Below are positions 49,652 to 59,349 of a stretch of 64,000 nucleotides of DNA, in pieces. Below the pieces are notes generated by a model, which saw only the letters and a list, made by a program, of their open reading frames with translations, did not search any database and was not told where the DNA came from. The DNA is from Desulfotignum sp. (GTDB lineage Bacteria; Desulfobacterota; Desulfobacteria; Desulfobacterales; Desulfobacteraceae): positions 1,718-65,717 of the forward strand of contig DATFJY010000284.1 in NCBI GenBank assembly GCA_035268905.1. The letters run 5' to 3'. Position 1 is the first letter of the stretch. Every line of letters begins with the position of its first letter. The translations under genes and the position numbers were made by a program.

Positions 49652-49723
49652 CCCCCTGAGGGTGCCGTGTGACAGGACCGTCAGATGCCAATCTCGGGCC
49701 GGTCACACGGCACCCTCAGGGGG
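49652..49723 (+). repeat. Stand-alone hairpin module (copy E)
   Basis: Perfect 22-bp arms around AGGACCGTCAGATGCCAATCTCGGGCCG. Confidence 0.85.
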
Positions 49724-49732
49724 GGGCAGCAA

Positions 49733-51949
49733 TCAATCAGACAGGATCGGGGCACTTGCGCTGACCGTGCGGCACCACTGCTGGTACTGGTGCATGCTGG
49801 ACAACGCTTTGACCGCGCGTTCCGGTGAGGGAAAAAAGACCCCTTTATATTCCAGATCTTCATACCGGTACAGGGTCTGGCTGCGGGCATCGGTGAGCAG
49901 GCTGACCCCCAGGACGGGTTTGCTGTATTTTTGTGTCATCTCCACCACATACCGTGTATAGGCTTCTTCAAATTCCAGTATTATCTGTTTGAAGCCTGCC
50001 ACCTGTTCTTTGGAAATCGACGGGTCAGTTTCGGCAATGGATTTGGCCATGTTATCAACCAGGACCCGTTTGCCATGGATCCCCAGGTGAATGACCGCAT
50101 CACACCCGTCCCATTTGAGCAGTGCCTCCAGGCATGTTTTGGGGACTTCCGGATCGCCCTCCCCCACCAGGTCCACAGGATTCCCATGGCTCCAGAAGTC
50201 CGGAAGAACAGCATTCAGGCGTTCTATGATATCTTCTGACAGCGGCGGCACCACCAGCCCGTATTCCGCGCACAGATCCGTGGCGATCACCCCCCAGCCG
50301 CCCCCTAAGGTCATGATAGCCACCCGGTTGCCCCGGGGCAGCGGCAGGGAAGAAAACACCGCAGACAGGTCCAGCAGTTCCATGGGCTGGTTCACCTGGA
50401 TGATGCCGGCCTGGCGGCAGGCAGCATCAAACACCCGGGCATTGGATGCCATGGCACCGGTATGGCTGGCCGCAGCCTGCTCCCCTCTTGCGGTGCGGCC
50501 GCCCTTGAGCACCACCACCGGTTTTTTTGTGGATACCCGCCTGGCACTGTTGAAAAACCGCCGGCCGTCCTTGACGCTTTCAATATACAGGACCACGGTA
50601 CGGGTAAGGGCATCTATTTCAAAGGCCTCCATATAGTCTTCAATGGTGACCATGGCCTCATTCCCGGATCCGGAAAAGGCCCGGATGCCGATTCCCTGCT
50701 GCTCGGCAAAAGCCAGAAGCTGGGTGCCCATGTTACCGGACTGGCTCACCAGGGCGGTGGACCCGGGAATGGGATAGGCATGGGCAGCACTGCAGTAAAT
50801 ATCTGCATGGGGATTGCACATGCCCATGGTGTTGGGTCCCAGAATCAGGATACCGGCTTTTCGTGCCGCTTCCACCAGTGCTTCTTCCAGTGCTGCACCC
50901 TGGTCTCCCACCTCCCGGAATCCGGAAGTGATGAGCAGCATCCCTTTTACCTTTTTGGCCCCCAGTTCCGGGATCAGGTCCATGACATGCCGGGCCGGTA
51001 CCGTGACCACAGCCAGATCCACATCTGCGGGGATGTCGGAGACCGACCGGTACACCTGCCTGTCCATGATGGTCCCGCCTCTGGGATTCACCAGATACAC
51101 CTTTCCCTTGTAATCCCGGGACAACGTATTGGCAGGCAGCATGTGCCCCCATTTTCCCGGTGTCGCAGATGCCCCCACAAAGGCAATGGATTCCGGATAG
51201 AAACACGCCCCCAGTGTTTTCAGATCAATGCGGGGAGACAACCCGTTTTGCCTGGCAGGGGGACCGGTGATGATAAGCCCGTCCACTGCCACCGGGGCGC
51301 CGTCAGGCTGGATAATCAGGGGGTTGATATCAATTTCTCTGATCTGAGGCCAGGTGACTGCCAGATCGGAAAGCCCTTTTAAAACAGCCTTTATTGCCTG
51401 TATATCACAGCCAGCTTCCCCTCTGAAGGCCCGGAGTATTCCGCTACCGGCAAAGGATCTCAGCATATCATCCATGTCCGCCTCATTCAAAGGCGCAATT
51501 TTAAAGACAATATCTGCCAGCACCTCGGTGAATATTCCCCCCAAACCGAACATGATTACCGGCCCGAACTGGGGATCCCTGAACATCCCGGCAACCAGTT
51601 CGCGTTTTCCCTGCACCATGGGCTGCACCAGAAATCCTTCCACCGCATTGCCTTCACTGGCCGTCATTTTTCGGGCTGCAGCCATGACCTGTTCTTTTGT
51701 AAAAAGTCCCAGGTGCACCAGGTCTGCTTCTGTTTTATGCAACACCGCTGCCCCCATACCCTTGAGCACCACGGGAAACCCTGATGCCGCCGCTGCCCGG
51801 GCCGCATCTTCCGGAGTTTTTGCGTCATACTCTTTGACTACCGGCATGCCCATGGCCTTGAAAATCTCTTTGGCATCAGCTTCTGTTATGTATTTTTGGT
51901 TTTCCTGTGCAGCCCTATCCAGGACCGCTGCAATATCAATGGCTTCCAT
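49733..51949 (-). CDS. ADP-forming acyl-CoA synthetase, ATP-grasp (beta) domain first
   Basis: N-terminal VVLK...HKTE..LV ATP-grasp, EIDINPL; then CoA-binding domain, GPNTMG, SQSGN, phospho-His ASHTGA, NPVD. Confidence 0.9.
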   Translation of the reverse strand: MEAIDIAAVLDRAAQENQKYITEADAKEIFKAMGMPVVKEYDAKTPEDAARAAAASGFPVVLKGMGAAVLHKTEADLVHLGLFTKEQVMAAARKMTASEGNAVEGFLVQPMVQGKRELVAGMFRDPQFGPVIMFGLGGIFTEVLADIVFKIAPLNEADMDDMLRSFAGSGILRAFRGEAGCDIQAIKAVLKGLSDLAVTWPQIREIDINPLIIQPDGAPVAVDGLIITGPPARQNGLSPRIDLKTLGACFYPESIAFVGASATPGKWGHMLPANTLSRDYKGKVYLVNPRGGTIMDRQVYRSVSDIPADVDLAVVTVPARHVMDLIPELGAKKVKGMLLITSGFREVGDQGAALEEALVEAARKAGILILGPNTMGMCNPHADIYCSAAHAYPIPGSTALVSQSGNMGTQLLAFAEQQGIGIRAFSGSGNEAMVTIEDYMEAFEIDALTRTVVLYIESVKDGRRFFNSARRVSTKKPVVVLKGGRTARGEQAAASHTGAMASNARVFDAACRQAGIIQVNQPMELLDLSAVFSSLPLPRGNRVAIMTLGGGWGVIATDLCAEYGLVVPPLSEDIIERLNAVLPDFWSHGNPVDLVGEGDPEVPKTCLEALLKWDGCDAVIHLGIHGKRVLVDNMAKSIAETDPSISKEQVAGFKQIILEFEEAYTRYVVEMTQKYSKPVLGVSLLTDARSQTLYRYEDLEYKGVFFPSPERAVKALSSMHQYQQWCRTVSASAPILSD

Positions 51950-52542
51950 TATTTTTTTACCCCGTAAGATACAATGTTTATAATACCGCTGGCTGCGGCT
52001 GGCACATCCAGTTCCCTGTCAAAAATCACCTGCTTCAGACAGGTATGCTCAATGGCCCCGAGTATGACTTTCTGTAATAAAAACGGATCAGTATCCGGCT
52101 TGAGTTCGTTTTTTGCAATCCCGTCACAGACAATCTGTCGGATAAGCCTGCTGTAGTTTTTCACCATGGCGTAGGCACAGGAATCAAAATACGCCGGAGA
52201 GTTGCGGACCTCCAGCAGCAAAATCCTGGCAAACACCCGGTTCTGGTTATAGCTTTCAAGACTGGCTGAAACAATGGCCCCCAGTTTTTCCATGCAGCTG
52301 TTTTCTGCGGCGGTCCTTTCCTGGACATGGGATAAAAATCCGTCAAAGTGCTGGTGCAGCACCTGGTAGAGCAGGTCTTTTTTGTCCTTGAAATACTTGT
52401 AGATAAGCCCTTCGGTCACCCCGGCATTTTTCGCGATTTCAGCAATGGTAATGGATTGAAAATCTTTTGCCCCCATCAGGGTGGAAAAAGATGTCATAAT
52501 CTTGATTCTGCCCGGCGGGCTGGTTTTGCACACAGGTTTCAT
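51949..52542 (-). CDS. TetR/AcrR family regulator
   Basis: ITIAEIAKNAGVTEGLIYKYFKDKKDL. Confidence 0.93.
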   Translation of the reverse strand: MKPVCKTSPPGRIKIMTSFSTLMGAKDFQSITIAEIAKNAGVTEGLIYKYFKDKKDLLYQVLHQHFDGFLSHVQERTAAENSCMEKLGAIVSASLESYNQNRVFARILLLEVRNSPAYFDSCAYAMVKNYSRLIRQIVCDGIAKNELKPDTDPFLLQKVILGAIEHTCLKQVIFDRELDVPAAASGIINIVSYGVKK

Positions 52543-52580
52543 ATAGCTGCGTCCTTATACGGAATTGCGGATCAAAAAAG

Positions 52581-52599
52581 GTGAGTAACATTTACTTAC
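52581..52599. promoter_or_regulatory. TetR operator candidate
   Basis: GTGAGTAA-CAT-TTACTTAC dyad overlapping the -10 zone of a minus-strand TTGACA (52617-52612). Confidence 0.6.
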
Positions 52600-52738
52600 A
52601 AAACACCAATCTGTCAAGAACAAATGCTCACCCCCCAACGTGGAAAACCCGCAACCCAATTGACCCGCCTCATTCTCTCTTTTTTTGACAGGAACGGAAG
52701 CGTCAGAGAACAGTATTTGGTAATGCTGGACAAACCAG

Positions 52739-52894
52739 CCCCTGGTGGTGCCCTGTGAACGGACCGTCAGAGCCGGAGGGGCAACCCGAACAAGCCAGGA
52801 TCTAAAGTACTATCCGGCTGCCCGGTTTATATCTGAAATTATCATCGTAACCGCCCCGCAGGATCTCGGACCGGGCACAGGGCACCACCAGGGG
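52739..52894 (+). repeat. Hairpin module, long form (copy D)
   Basis: Perfect 19-bp arms CCCCTGGTGGTGCCCTGTG/CACAGGGCACCACCAGGGG, conserved core, 70-nt inner segment. Confidence 0.85.
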
Positions 52895-53095
52895 CGGCAT
52901 CCTTGCCAATATCCTGACAAAACCGAACGAAATACCCATTGTCAAATAAAAATCCCTGCAAACCGGCCTTTGTGCCTGCAGATACCATGTAATCTTTAAA
53001 TAACAGGAAGCTAGTGAAAATCCCACACAGGTATGATAAGGTGCGCTCCCATGAAATGCCCGGCCAATATATCATCGCCAATAAGGACGGTTCCC

Positions 53096-53875
53096 ATGTC
53101 CCTTGACCTGCACAGCGACATCCACATGCACTCCACCTATTCCGACGGCAGCGCCACCATCGCTGCAATGGCTGAAGCCGCCTTTGAAAAAGGGATGACA
53201 ACCATTGCCATCACCGACCATGTGCCTTTGCCCTTTGACAACTGGTATGCCATGAAAAAAGAACAGATGGCTGCATACCGCAAAGAGACAACCCGATTAA
53301 AGCGTGCATATGAAGGCAGAATGGCCGTGAAAACCGGCCTGGAAATCGAGTATATCCCGGAGCACAAAGACTGGTTTGCATCCATCGCGTCCCTGGACTG
53401 GGATCTCACCATTGCATCCGTCCACACCCTGGTTGTGGGCAGCACCCCCTGCCTGGTCAACGGCAATGAACCGGAATTTCACACCTGCCTGGACAAAAAT
53501 TTCAACCAGGATATCAAATCCCTTTGCCGGGCATATTACCATACCCTGCAGGAAGCGGTTCAAACCGGATGGTTTGATATAGTGGGGCACCTGGATGTAT
53601 TGAAAAAATACAATACCAAAAACCGGTTTTTCAATGAAACCGATGCCTGGTACCGGGAACTGATGGAAGACACCCTGGACGCTGTCAGGGAGCAGAAAAT
53701 GCAACTGGAAATCAACATGGGGGGCATGGCACACCCGGTTGCCGCACCCTACCCGTCTCCCTGGATTGTGAAGACAGCACAAAAAAAGGGGATTTCACTG
53801 GTCATGGGATCCGATGCCCACAACACCGAGGCCATTGGTCAGGATTTCGACCGGATCCAGGACATGTTTACCTGA
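53096..53875 (+). CDS. PHP-family phosphatase (HisJ histidinol-phosphatase-like)
   Basis: DIHMHS, ITDH, GLE, ASVH, GHLD, GSDAH. Confidence 0.88.
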   Translation: MSLDLHSDIHMHSTYSDGSATIAAMAEAAFEKGMTTIAITDHVPLPFDNWYAMKKEQMAAYRKETTRLKRAYEGRMAVKTGLEIEYIPEHKDWFASIASLDWDLTIASVHTLVVGSTPCLVNGNEPEFHTCLDKNFNQDIKSLCRAYYHTLQEAVQTGWFDIVGHLDVLKKYNTKNRFFNETDAWYRELMEDTLDAVREQKMQLEINMGGMAHPVAAPYPSPWIVKTAQKKGISLVMGSDAHNTEAIGQDFDRIQDMFT

Positions 53876-54016
53876 AAAAAACCCCCTGCAGGCGTACCCG
53901 GCTGGAAATGCCCTGAGGCGGGAAACCCGCAACCCAAATCCCCCTCCCCATTTTCTTGTTTTTTTTACAGGAACTGAGGGGCAAGGCACAAAAACAGGAA
54001 AAGGACAGCCCAGTCA

Positions 54017-54454
54017 TCAGCTGTTCCTGCCTGCCACCGGCATCACTGCCATGGTCAATCTGGACACACAAATCTTTTCTTTGGCTGCATTTTCGATGGT
54101 AATATCCCAGACATGGGTGGTACGTCCCAGGTGTACGGGCCGCACTGTGCCGGTCACCCGGCCGGAGCGCACCTGCTTGAGATGATTGGCTGATATTTCA
54201 AGGCCCACGGAATAATGATCCGAATCCAGGGCCAGAAAAGAGGCCACACTGCCCAGTGTTTCCGCCAGCACAACCGATGCACCGCCATGAAGAATCCCCA
54301 TGGGCTGGACTGTCCGGTGGTCCACCGGCATGGTGGCGCAGATATAATCAGGTCCGAATGCCGTAAATTCAATCCCCATGTGGCCCACAATGGTTTTGTC
54401 AATGACAGGTTCAAAAGGGGCCATATCAAGGGGTTGCTTCCAAATCTGCTGCAT
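54017..54454 (-). CDS. Hotdog-fold thioesterase (PaaI/MenI-like)
   Basis: QPMGILHGGASVVLAET, GLEISANHL, HLGRTTHVW. Confidence 0.9.
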   Translation of the reverse strand: MQQIWKQPLDMAPFEPVIDKTIVGHMGIEFTAFGPDYICATMPVDHRTVQPMGILHGGASVVLAETLGSVASFLALDSDHYSVGLEISANHLKQVRSGRVTGTVRPVHLGRTTHVWDITIENAAKEKICVSRLTMAVMPVAGRNS

Positions 54455-54559
54455 GTCTTCTCCGTATATTGTTCGGGATGTGATACCCAATTTTTTTTCC
54501 AATAAAAATTATTGGCTGTCTATGTTTGTACGGTTTCCGGACGGGCCGCTCCGGACACA

Positions 54560-55726
54560 TCAACCCGGAATCCGCACCATCCGGCTGGCAGGAATTATCT
54601 CAATTTCACCTTTAAGTTTGGGCAACTCCATTTTCAAGGTTTCAAGGGTGGCTGGATATGGGTGGCCTATGCCGATGGCAGCCCCGTATTTTCTGGCAAT
54701 TTTTTTGAGCTGTTCAAACTGCCCGCTGATATAGGCCACCTCCTGCACATTGTCCAGGAACACATCCCGTTCGGCAAACCGGACCTGCAGCAGGCGTGCA
54801 GAGGCACGGCACTGGGAATTTTTTGCAGTTCTGGAATCAATGAAAAACAGGTCTTGTTTTTTCAGGATGGTGAATATCTGGTTCATCTGGTTGGCCTGGG
54901 TGGTAAACATGGATCCCATGTGGTTATTGACCCCTGACACCCCATGGACCTCTTTCAGGTTCTTTTCCAGCTGTGCAATCAGCACATCAGGGGGCATGCT
55001 CGTGAGCAAGGCACCGGGACCTGGATTTACCGTTGGATATTCCATTGGTTCCATGGGCAGATGCAGCATGATTTCCGCACCTTTTTCAGCCAGCATTCTG
55101 GAAATGGTCTTGCCAAATGGTGACCAGGGCAGTACGGAAAAACTGATATTAGGTTCCAGTGCGTGCAGGGCACTGGCCATTTTTTTGTCATATCCGATGT
55201 CATCAATGATCAGGGCAATCCTGATGATATCCTCTTCCATCCCGACCATATCATCTTCCGGCTGGTCGCTGAAGGCAGAAGGGTGTTTTTGAATATCTTC
55301 CAGACCATCGAACACTTCATATACAATGGGATTTCCGTTTTTTTCCATGAGACCGGGCTGGGGTTTTTTGGGCGGCAGATCGCTGATATCTTCAAAAACA
55401 GGGGGCGGTGTATCCATGTCCTCTGGTGTGCTGATATCCGGTTGGGGCGCAGTGCTGTCGGCAGCCTTCCGGGTCGTTTCGGGCGGCCGGGCCGGCTTTC
55501 GGATAAAAATATCCGCCAGCATGGCGCCTGTAAGGCACACAGCCACCAGAACCACAACCCCGATCACCATTTTTTTCAATTCCGACGGCACATGAACGGT
55601 ATTCTTTGTACCACGCTTTTTCGGGGATGAACTGGTTTTTTTCTGCCCTGCTTTTTTTGATACCGGTTTTTTGGGTGCCGGTTTTTTGGGTGCCGGTTTT
55701 TTGGCACCCTTTTTTTTAATTGCCAT
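54560..55726 (-). CDS. Divergent polysaccharide deacetylase family protein
   Basis: ALIIDDIG, LHLPMEP, NNHMGS, FIDSRT, RDVFLD, IGIGHP; one TM helix. Confidence 0.9.
   Translation of the reverse strand: MAIKKKGAKKPAPKKPAPKKPVSKKAGQKKTSSSPKKRGTKNTVHVPSELKKMVIGVVVLVAVCLTGAMLADIFIRKPARPPETTRKAADSTAPQPDISTPEDMDTPPPVFEDISDLPPKKPQPGLMEKNGNPIVYEVFDGLEDIQKHPSAFSDQPEDDMVGMEEDIIRIALIIDDIGYDKKMASALHALEPNISFSVLPWSPFGKTISRMLAEKGAEIMLHLPMEPMEYPTVNPGPGALLTSMPPDVLIAQLEKNLKEVHGVSGVNNHMGSMFTTQANQMNQIFTILKKQDLFFIDSRTAKNSQCRASARLLQVRFAERDVFLDNVQEVAYISGQFEQLKKIARKYGAAIGIGHPYPATLETLKMELPKLKGEIEIIPASRMVRIPG
55663..55704 (-). repeat. 15-nt coding tandem repeat (PKKPA x ~3)
   Basis: CCGGTTTTTTGGGTG repeated at 55663, 55678 and partially at 55693. 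Confidence 0.9.
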
Positions 55727-57077
55727 TTACTTTATTGAAGACTCCATAGCTTATCAGGATATCAAGGGCTCTTCTCACCTGGGCATCCTGGTGGAGCTGT
55801 TCGGTTTCCTGCTGCTGCCGGGATTGTGTGGATGGTTTTGGAGGAACCGCATCCATGCGGCTGTCATCTGTTTCTTCCGGCTGCAGACTGTTCTGCAGAT
55901 CTTTTTCCTTGAGCATCCGATCAAAGGCGGACGGCTTTTTCGTTTGTTTTTCAATGATGGCATGGGCGACCGTAATATCCGGCTGAATCCCCTTGGCCTG
56001 AATGGATCTGCCGCTGGGGGTGTAATACCGGGCAATGGTATATTTGAGACCGTATCCGTCTTTCAATGGACGGACAGTCTGAACCGATCCTTTGCCAAAA
56101 GAAGGGGTGCCCAAAATCAGAGCCCTGGCATGGTCCTGCAATGCACCGGCCACAATCTCGGAAGCGGAAGCAGAACCGCCGTTGATCAATACCACAATGG
56201 GATATTTGGGGTCTTCTTCGCCGGGACGGGCTTTGTATTCCTGGGTATTTTTTTCTTCACGCCCCTTGATGGAAACAATCACGCCCTGGTCCAGAAAAAT
56301 ATCAGACATTTTGATGGCCTGGTCCAGAAGTCCGCCGGGATTATCCCGCAGGTCAATGACAAGCCCTGTGAGCGGGTTTTCATCTGATTGCAGTTTTTCC
56401 AGATGCGCGGCAATCTCTTCATGGGTGTTCATCCTGAAATTGGTTACCCGCAGGTACCCGTATCCAGGCTTGAGCATGGCAGATCGAACACTGGTCATGG
56501 GAATCAGGTCCCGCTGTAAAGAAAATACCAGGGGGGCGGGCTCACCCTCCCGGATAATGGTGACGACCACCTCTTCATGCCTGGGCCCCCGCATTTTGCT
56601 CACTGCCTCCCAGAGTGCCATTCCTTTGGTGGATGCTCCATCAATTTTCACGATGATATCCCCGGCAAGAATACCGGCCTTATAGGCAGGGGTCCCTTCA
56701 ATGGGAGAGACCACGGTCAATATCCCCTCTTTCATGGTGATCACTATCCCGATACCGGAAAATTCCCCTTTGGTTTCATCCTGAAGGTCATCAAAGGCCT
56801 GCGCAGGCATAAAGCTGGAGTGGGGATCCAGATTTTCCACCATACCTTTAATGGCATTGTGGATCAGGGTGTCGGCATCCACTTCATCCACATAATTCTC
56901 CTCCAGTTCTTCCAGGACTTCCACGAACAACTTCAAAGATTTGTAGGTTGTACCGGTTTCAGCACAAACCGGTATTCCGCCGGAAACAGCCAGAACCAGA
57001 GCCAAAATGGCTCCGCACAGCCACCGGGTGTAAAACGATCGCACTATCATATGTTTTATGCTCCTTTTTTTAACCAT
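55716..57077 (-). CDS. C-terminal processing peptidase (S41, CtpA/Prc); start uncertain
   Basis: LDPHS, PDZ, DLRDNPGG, SASASEIVAGALQD, GKGSVQ. Confidence 0.94.
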   Translation of the reverse strand: MVKKRSIKHMIVRSFYTRWLCGAILALVLAVSGGIPVCAETGTTYKSLKLFVEVLEELEENYVDEVDADTLIHNAIKGMVENLDPHSSFMPAQAFDDLQDETKGEFSGIGIVITMKEGILTVVSPIEGTPAYKAGILAGDIIVKIDGASTKGMALWEAVSKMRGPRHEEVVVTIIREGEPAPLVFSLQRDLIPMTSVRSAMLKPGYGYLRVTNFRMNTHEEIAAHLEKLQSDENPLTGLVIDLRDNPGGLLDQAIKMSDIFLDQGVIVSIKGREEKNTQEYKARPGEEDPKYPIVVLINGGSASASEIVAGALQDHARALILGTPSFGKGSVQTVRPLKDGYGLKYTIARYYTPSGRSIQAKGIQPDITVAHAIIEKQTKKPSAFDRMLKEKDLQNSLQPEETDDSRMDAVPPKPSTQSRQQQETEQLHQDAQVRRALDILISYGVFNKVNGN

Positions 57078-58483
57078 TTCAGGGGATCCTTCGGTTTGCC
57101 GTGGTGTCTGACCTCAAAATGCAAACAAAGCCCTTTTATGGAACCGGTATCACCTGCTGTGGCGATCACCTCTCCGGTATCCACTTTTTCACCTGTCTGC
57201 TTGAAAAACTCCTGTAAATGGGCATACAGTGTATAGTAATTTTCCCCATGATCTATAATCAAAAGATTGCCATACCCTTTCAGCCATTCGGCGAATATAA
57301 TCTCCCCCTTGAAAACAGACCGGACAGGTTCCCCCCGTTCCACCTTTATATCAATTCCGCTCTGAAAAGTGAAGGAATTGTAATTTCCTGATCGGGCCGG
57401 GCCGAACCGGGACACGATTTTTCCTTTGACCGGTGTGGGCAGGCGGCCTTTTAACCCGGAAAATACTGTGTCCTCCACAAAAGCGGGGGCCTGTTTCCCC
57501 ATGGCTGACATTTTGGCATCCAGCCGGATGGCGGCATCCTTCAAAGATGCCACCGCAGCCTGTGACAATGCTTTTTTCCGGCGGATCTCATCAAGCACAG
57601 CCGCTTTTTTTCGGCTTTCCTTTTCCTTGATACGGATCTGAAGCGCCAGCTCCTGCTCCAGTTTTGCCTTGGCCTCCTTTTGTTCCGCCAGTTGGGCCGC
57701 AAGTTTCTGAAACTTTTCCAGATCATGCAGCTGATTTTCTATGGCCTGAAAATCAGACATAACAATCCGTTTCATGGCATTCTGGGAAACAAAAAAATCA
57801 AACACCGAAGCAGGCATCCCCATCATATCCAGACTGCCGATATTGTGCATACGGTACAATGCACAAAGCCGCTCTCCGGCATACACCTGGTTTTCCTGGA
57901 TCTGCTCTGCCAGTTTCCGCCTGTCCGTCAGGATGGCGGCAATGCTCTTTTCCAGATGCCTGTTTTCTCTGGACAGGGCATCCGCCTTGATCCGGGCCTG
58001 GTTCAATGTATAGTCGATCTGGTTCAACCCCTCGATGATTTGTATCTCTTTTTTGCTGAACTGGGTGATCTGCTCTTCTTGTACACTGATACGGGTTTCA
58101 ATGGCCTGTTTTTTTTCCTGTATCCGGGGATCAGGTTTCAGTGGTTCGGCTCTTTTTTTCTCTGCAGGGGCGACAGGCGCCAGCGCTATGTATATGGGCC
58201 GGTTTCTGACATATCCCTGAATATTTTTATGCTGAATTGTCACCCACCCGCCGATACCGCCTTTTACCGCTGTCACATCCACCCGGGTACCTTTTTCCAG
58301 GACCATCAACACTTCGGCATTCCGGGAGGGTTCCGACCGGACATTGAGTTTGGCGGCAGTGATTGTACCCTGATATATAACCGCCTGTGCAGCCCCAAAA
58401 ACCAAGGGTACTGCCAGAATCACCCACAGCCAAACCAGCGTTATTTTAAAATCTGCTTTAAGGAAAGATAGCATCCAAACCAT
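57056..58483 (-). CDS. envC: EnvC-like murein hydrolase activator with N-terminal SH3b domain; start uncertain
   Basis: LNVRSEP SH3b, coiled coil, M23 domain GIDI...YAHL...LHFEVR; follows ftsEX. Confidence 0.85.
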   Translation of the reverse strand: MVWMLSFLKADFKITLVWLWVILAVPLVFGAAQAVIYQGTITAAKLNVRSEPSRNAEVLMVLEKGTRVDVTAVKGGIGGWVTIQHKNIQGYVRNRPIYIALAPVAPAEKKRAEPLKPDPRIQEKKQAIETRISVQEEQITQFSKKEIQIIEGLNQIDYTLNQARIKADALSRENRHLEKSIAAILTDRRKLAEQIQENQVYAGERLCALYRMHNIGSLDMMGMPASVFDFFVSQNAMKRIVMSDFQAIENQLHDLEKFQKLAAQLAEQKEAKAKLEQELALQIRIKEKESRKKAAVLDEIRRKKALSQAAVASLKDAAIRLDAKMSAMGKQAPAFVEDTVFSGLKGRLPTPVKGKIVSRFGPARSGNYNSFTFQSGIDIKVERGEPVRSVFKGEIIFAEWLKGYGNLLIIDHGENYYTLYAHLQEFFKQTGEKVDTGEVIATAGDTGSIKGLCLHFEVRHHGKPKDPLKWLKKGA

Positions 58484-59316
58484 CCCAAAAAAGTACTGGC
58501 CAGAAGAATGATCCCCATGGCCCTGACTGACAGGAACCGAATATCAAGGTATACATAGGCGCTCAAATTCCGGGATATACCTGATGAAACGGTAAAAAAG
58601 GCGGCCAGCAGGATCAAAAGCCCCAAGACGCCCCCCAGAAACCCCTGGAGCAGTCCTTCCACATAAAAAGGGGTTTTGATAAACCCCTGCGTGGCCCCCA
58701 CCAGCCGCATTATTTCGATTTCAAGGCGCCGGGAATAAAATGCCAGCCGCACGGTATTGGCGGTAATAAAAAGGGCAATCAGCAAAAACAGCCCGCACAT
58801 GGCATACCCGGTGATCCGGAACAAAGAAAAAATCTTTAAAAATCTTGCCAGCCATCCCTGGCCGTATTCCACACTTTCCACCATCTCCAGCGCTGCAATT
58901 TTTTCTGCAAAGGCCTTCATTTGCTGAAAATCCCCATGGGTGTTCATCCGGATCTCCAATGCATGGGGCAGGGGATTTTCCTTCAGGGTTTCAAAAAAAC
59001 CCGTATTCCCGGTCATCTCATCCTTCAGCCGCTCCAGTGCCCGGGATTTTGAAATAAAACGCATCTCTTCCACCTCTCCCAGGGTTTTGATCCGGGCTTC
59101 AAGATCCGGGAGCATCTCCGGGGAAAAGGCAGGTGTCAGATATATCATGGCCCGGCCGCCCTGATTCCACCCCTCGATCACCCGGCTGGCATTTTCAAAA
59201 AACAAAAGAAACAACGACACCACAAGGATGGACAACGAAATGGTCACAATGGTGATCAGGTTCAAAAACCGGTTGGACCGGATATCTGCCAGGGCTTTTT
59301 TGATATAACGGATCAT
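58441..59316 (-). CDS. ftsX: Cell division permease FtsX
   Basis: ENPLP, NTVRL..YSRRLEIEIMRLVGAT..FIK.PF..EG. Confidence 0.93.
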   Translation of the reverse strand: MIRYIKKALADIRSNRFLNLITIVTISLSILVVSLFLLFFENASRVIEGWNQGGRAMIYLTPAFSPEMLPDLEARIKTLGEVEEMRFISKSRALERLKDEMTGNTGFFETLKENPLPHALEIRMNTHGDFQQMKAFAEKIAALEMVESVEYGQGWLARFLKIFSLFRITGYAMCGLFLLIALFITANTVRLAFYSRRLEIEIMRLVGATQGFIKTPFYVEGLLQGFLGGVLGLLILLAAFFTVSSGISRNLSAYVYLDIRFLSVRAMGIILLASTFLGWFGCYLSLKQILK

Positions 59317-59349
59317 GGAAACAGTTTCCTTATCACAACACAACATCTG

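Noticed and set aside
49652-49723. Hairpin module as a canonical integron attC site
   Set aside because: Lacks RYYYAAC/GTTRRRY core sites, is not tied to single-gene cassettes, and no integron integrase is present; only the structural logic is similar.
52709-52916. MITE TIRs around hairpin D (CAGTATTTGG and GCCAATATCCTG)
   Set aside because: Matches are degenerate and their distances to the arms differ from copy B, so D is not called a full MITE.
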